A stretch of 64,000 nucleotides of DNA, taken from Candidatus Latescibacterota bacterium. GTDB taxonomy: Bacteria > Latescibacterota > UBA2968. Positions within the stretch are counted from its first letter, which is position 1. Every line of letters starts with the position of its first letter. The notes under the pieces were generated by a model, which was given only the letters and a program-made list of their open reading frames with translations, was not told where the DNA came from and searched no databases. Made by a program: the position numbers and the translations under genes. The stretch is from contig OZ240241.1 in assembly GCA_965198115.1 (NCBI GenBank), forward strand, positions 4,320,001 through 4,384,000, written 5' to 3'. This document shows, piece by piece, positions 63,138-64,000 of the stretch.

Positions 63138-63845
63138 ATGAACGTCACCCTCCAACCGGCGTCCGCGTGCGAGGACTGCAACCTGTGCTCCCGGTGCGAA
63201 TCCCGTGCTCCCGGTGACAGCATCGATGTCGACGCCGTCGTCGACGAGGTCTTGCGACAGATCCGGGCCCCCGCGCCGATGGACGTCCCGATCGGCGTAT
63301 CAGCCAGACATTGCCATTTGAACGACGAGGGCCTCGAAACCTTGTTCGGAAGGGGTGCTCGACTCCACGTCTACCGGGAGCTCTACCAGCCCGGCGCATT
63401 CGCGGCAGAGGAGGTCGTCTCCGTCGTCGGCCCTCGTCTTCGTGCCATCGAACGGGTCCGCGTCCTCGGACCGACACGGGGCTATAACCAGGTTGAACTT
63501 GCTCGAACCGACGCCATTTTCCTCGGCCTCGACCCGCCCATTCGCGATTCCGGCGACCTCGAGGGGGCCGGGTTCATCACCTTCATCGGACCGAAGGGAT
63601 CATTCACTTCGAACTGCGCGATCCGCGCGACCCGGCACATCCACCTCACACCCCAGGACGCAGGGCGTATGGGTATGTCGGACACCGACCGCGTGAGTGT
63701 CCGGGTCCCCGGCGAAAAGGGGCTCGTCTTCCACAACGTCAGACTCAAGGTCGAACCGGGGCAGTTGCCCGAAATCCACCTGGACACCGACGACGCCAAC
63801 GCTGCCGGGTCCGCGTGTGGCGACATCGCGACCATCGAGGTCTGA
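63138..63845 (+). CDS. pduL: PduL-type phosphate propanoyl/acetyltransferase with Cys-rich N-terminus and encapsulation-peptide-like helix
   Basis: GVSARHCHL, LYQPGAFAAEE, VRVLGP.R...QVE, RHIH, EIHLDTDDANA. Confidence 0.95.
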   Translation: MNVTLQPASACEDCNLCSRCESRAPGDSIDVDAVVDEVLRQIRAPAPMDVPIGVSARHCHLNDEGLETLFGRGARLHVYRELYQPGAFAAEEVVSVVGPRLRAIERVRVLGPTRGYNQVELARTDAIFLGLDPPIRDSGDLEGAGFITFIGPKGSFTSNCAIRATRHIHLTPQDAGRMGMSDTDRVSVRVPGEKGLVFHNVRLKVEPGQLPEIHLDTDDANAAGSACGDIATIEV

Positions 63846-63853
63846 GCAGGCTC

Positions 63854-64000
63854 GTGGCTTTCGAAGAACGCGCCATCGGGCTAATCGAAACGTGTGGCTT
63901 CGTGGGCACCACCGAGGCCGCCGATGCGATGGCCAAAACAGCCAACATCGACATCGAACAATACGAAACGATCGGAGCGGGCTTCACGACCACGCTCGTG
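63854..64000 (+). CDS. BMC shell protein (Pfam00936 type), truncated by the window end
   Basis: AIGLIETCGFVGTTEAADAMAKTAN...IGAGF. Confidence 0.93.
   Translation, partial: MAFEERAIGLIETCGFVGTTEAADAMAKTANIDIEQYETIGAGFTTTLV

Overview
GC-rich bacterial chromosomal window, probably from an FCB-group lineage such as Ca. Latescibacterota. This is inferred from SecA inserts, a dockerin-like DF-x-G-D-G-x-V-x-F-x-D-F tail, PorV/C25/FlgD-type proteins and a BMC locus. Layout: (1) 1-17 kb housekeeping: CIRCE-controlled groES-groEL, rhodanese, secA, metallophosphoesterase, nusB, ribH/ribBA/ribE/ribD, an S55 peptidase plus beta-propeller pair, and rlmH. (2) 17-33.6 kb accessory region starting right after rlmH: two unannotated structured RNA candidates with their own sigma70-like promoters flanking a 71-aa ORF, an ECF sigma factor, a chimeric PhyH gene, and a leader-peptide/terminator upstream of a decayed MFS gene. 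It also holds six IS copies, including a stack of IS630-IS1380(::IS256)-IS630 in one CTAG site, plus oxidoreductases. (3) 33.9-50.6 kb T9SS-like surface-protein cluster: a PorV-like barrel fused to a transglutaminase-like domain and TPR, an NHL-dockerin protein, a propeller-FlgD/CTD protein, and a 1932-aa C25 (gingipain/PorU-like) protein. (4) 50.8-62.8 kb surface polysaccharide operon. (5) Start of a bacterial microcompartment operon (pduL, BMC-H). No rRNA, tRNA or CRISPR array was seen. Several single-base frameshifts may be assembly errors. All calls come from motif recognition by eye; no searches were run.
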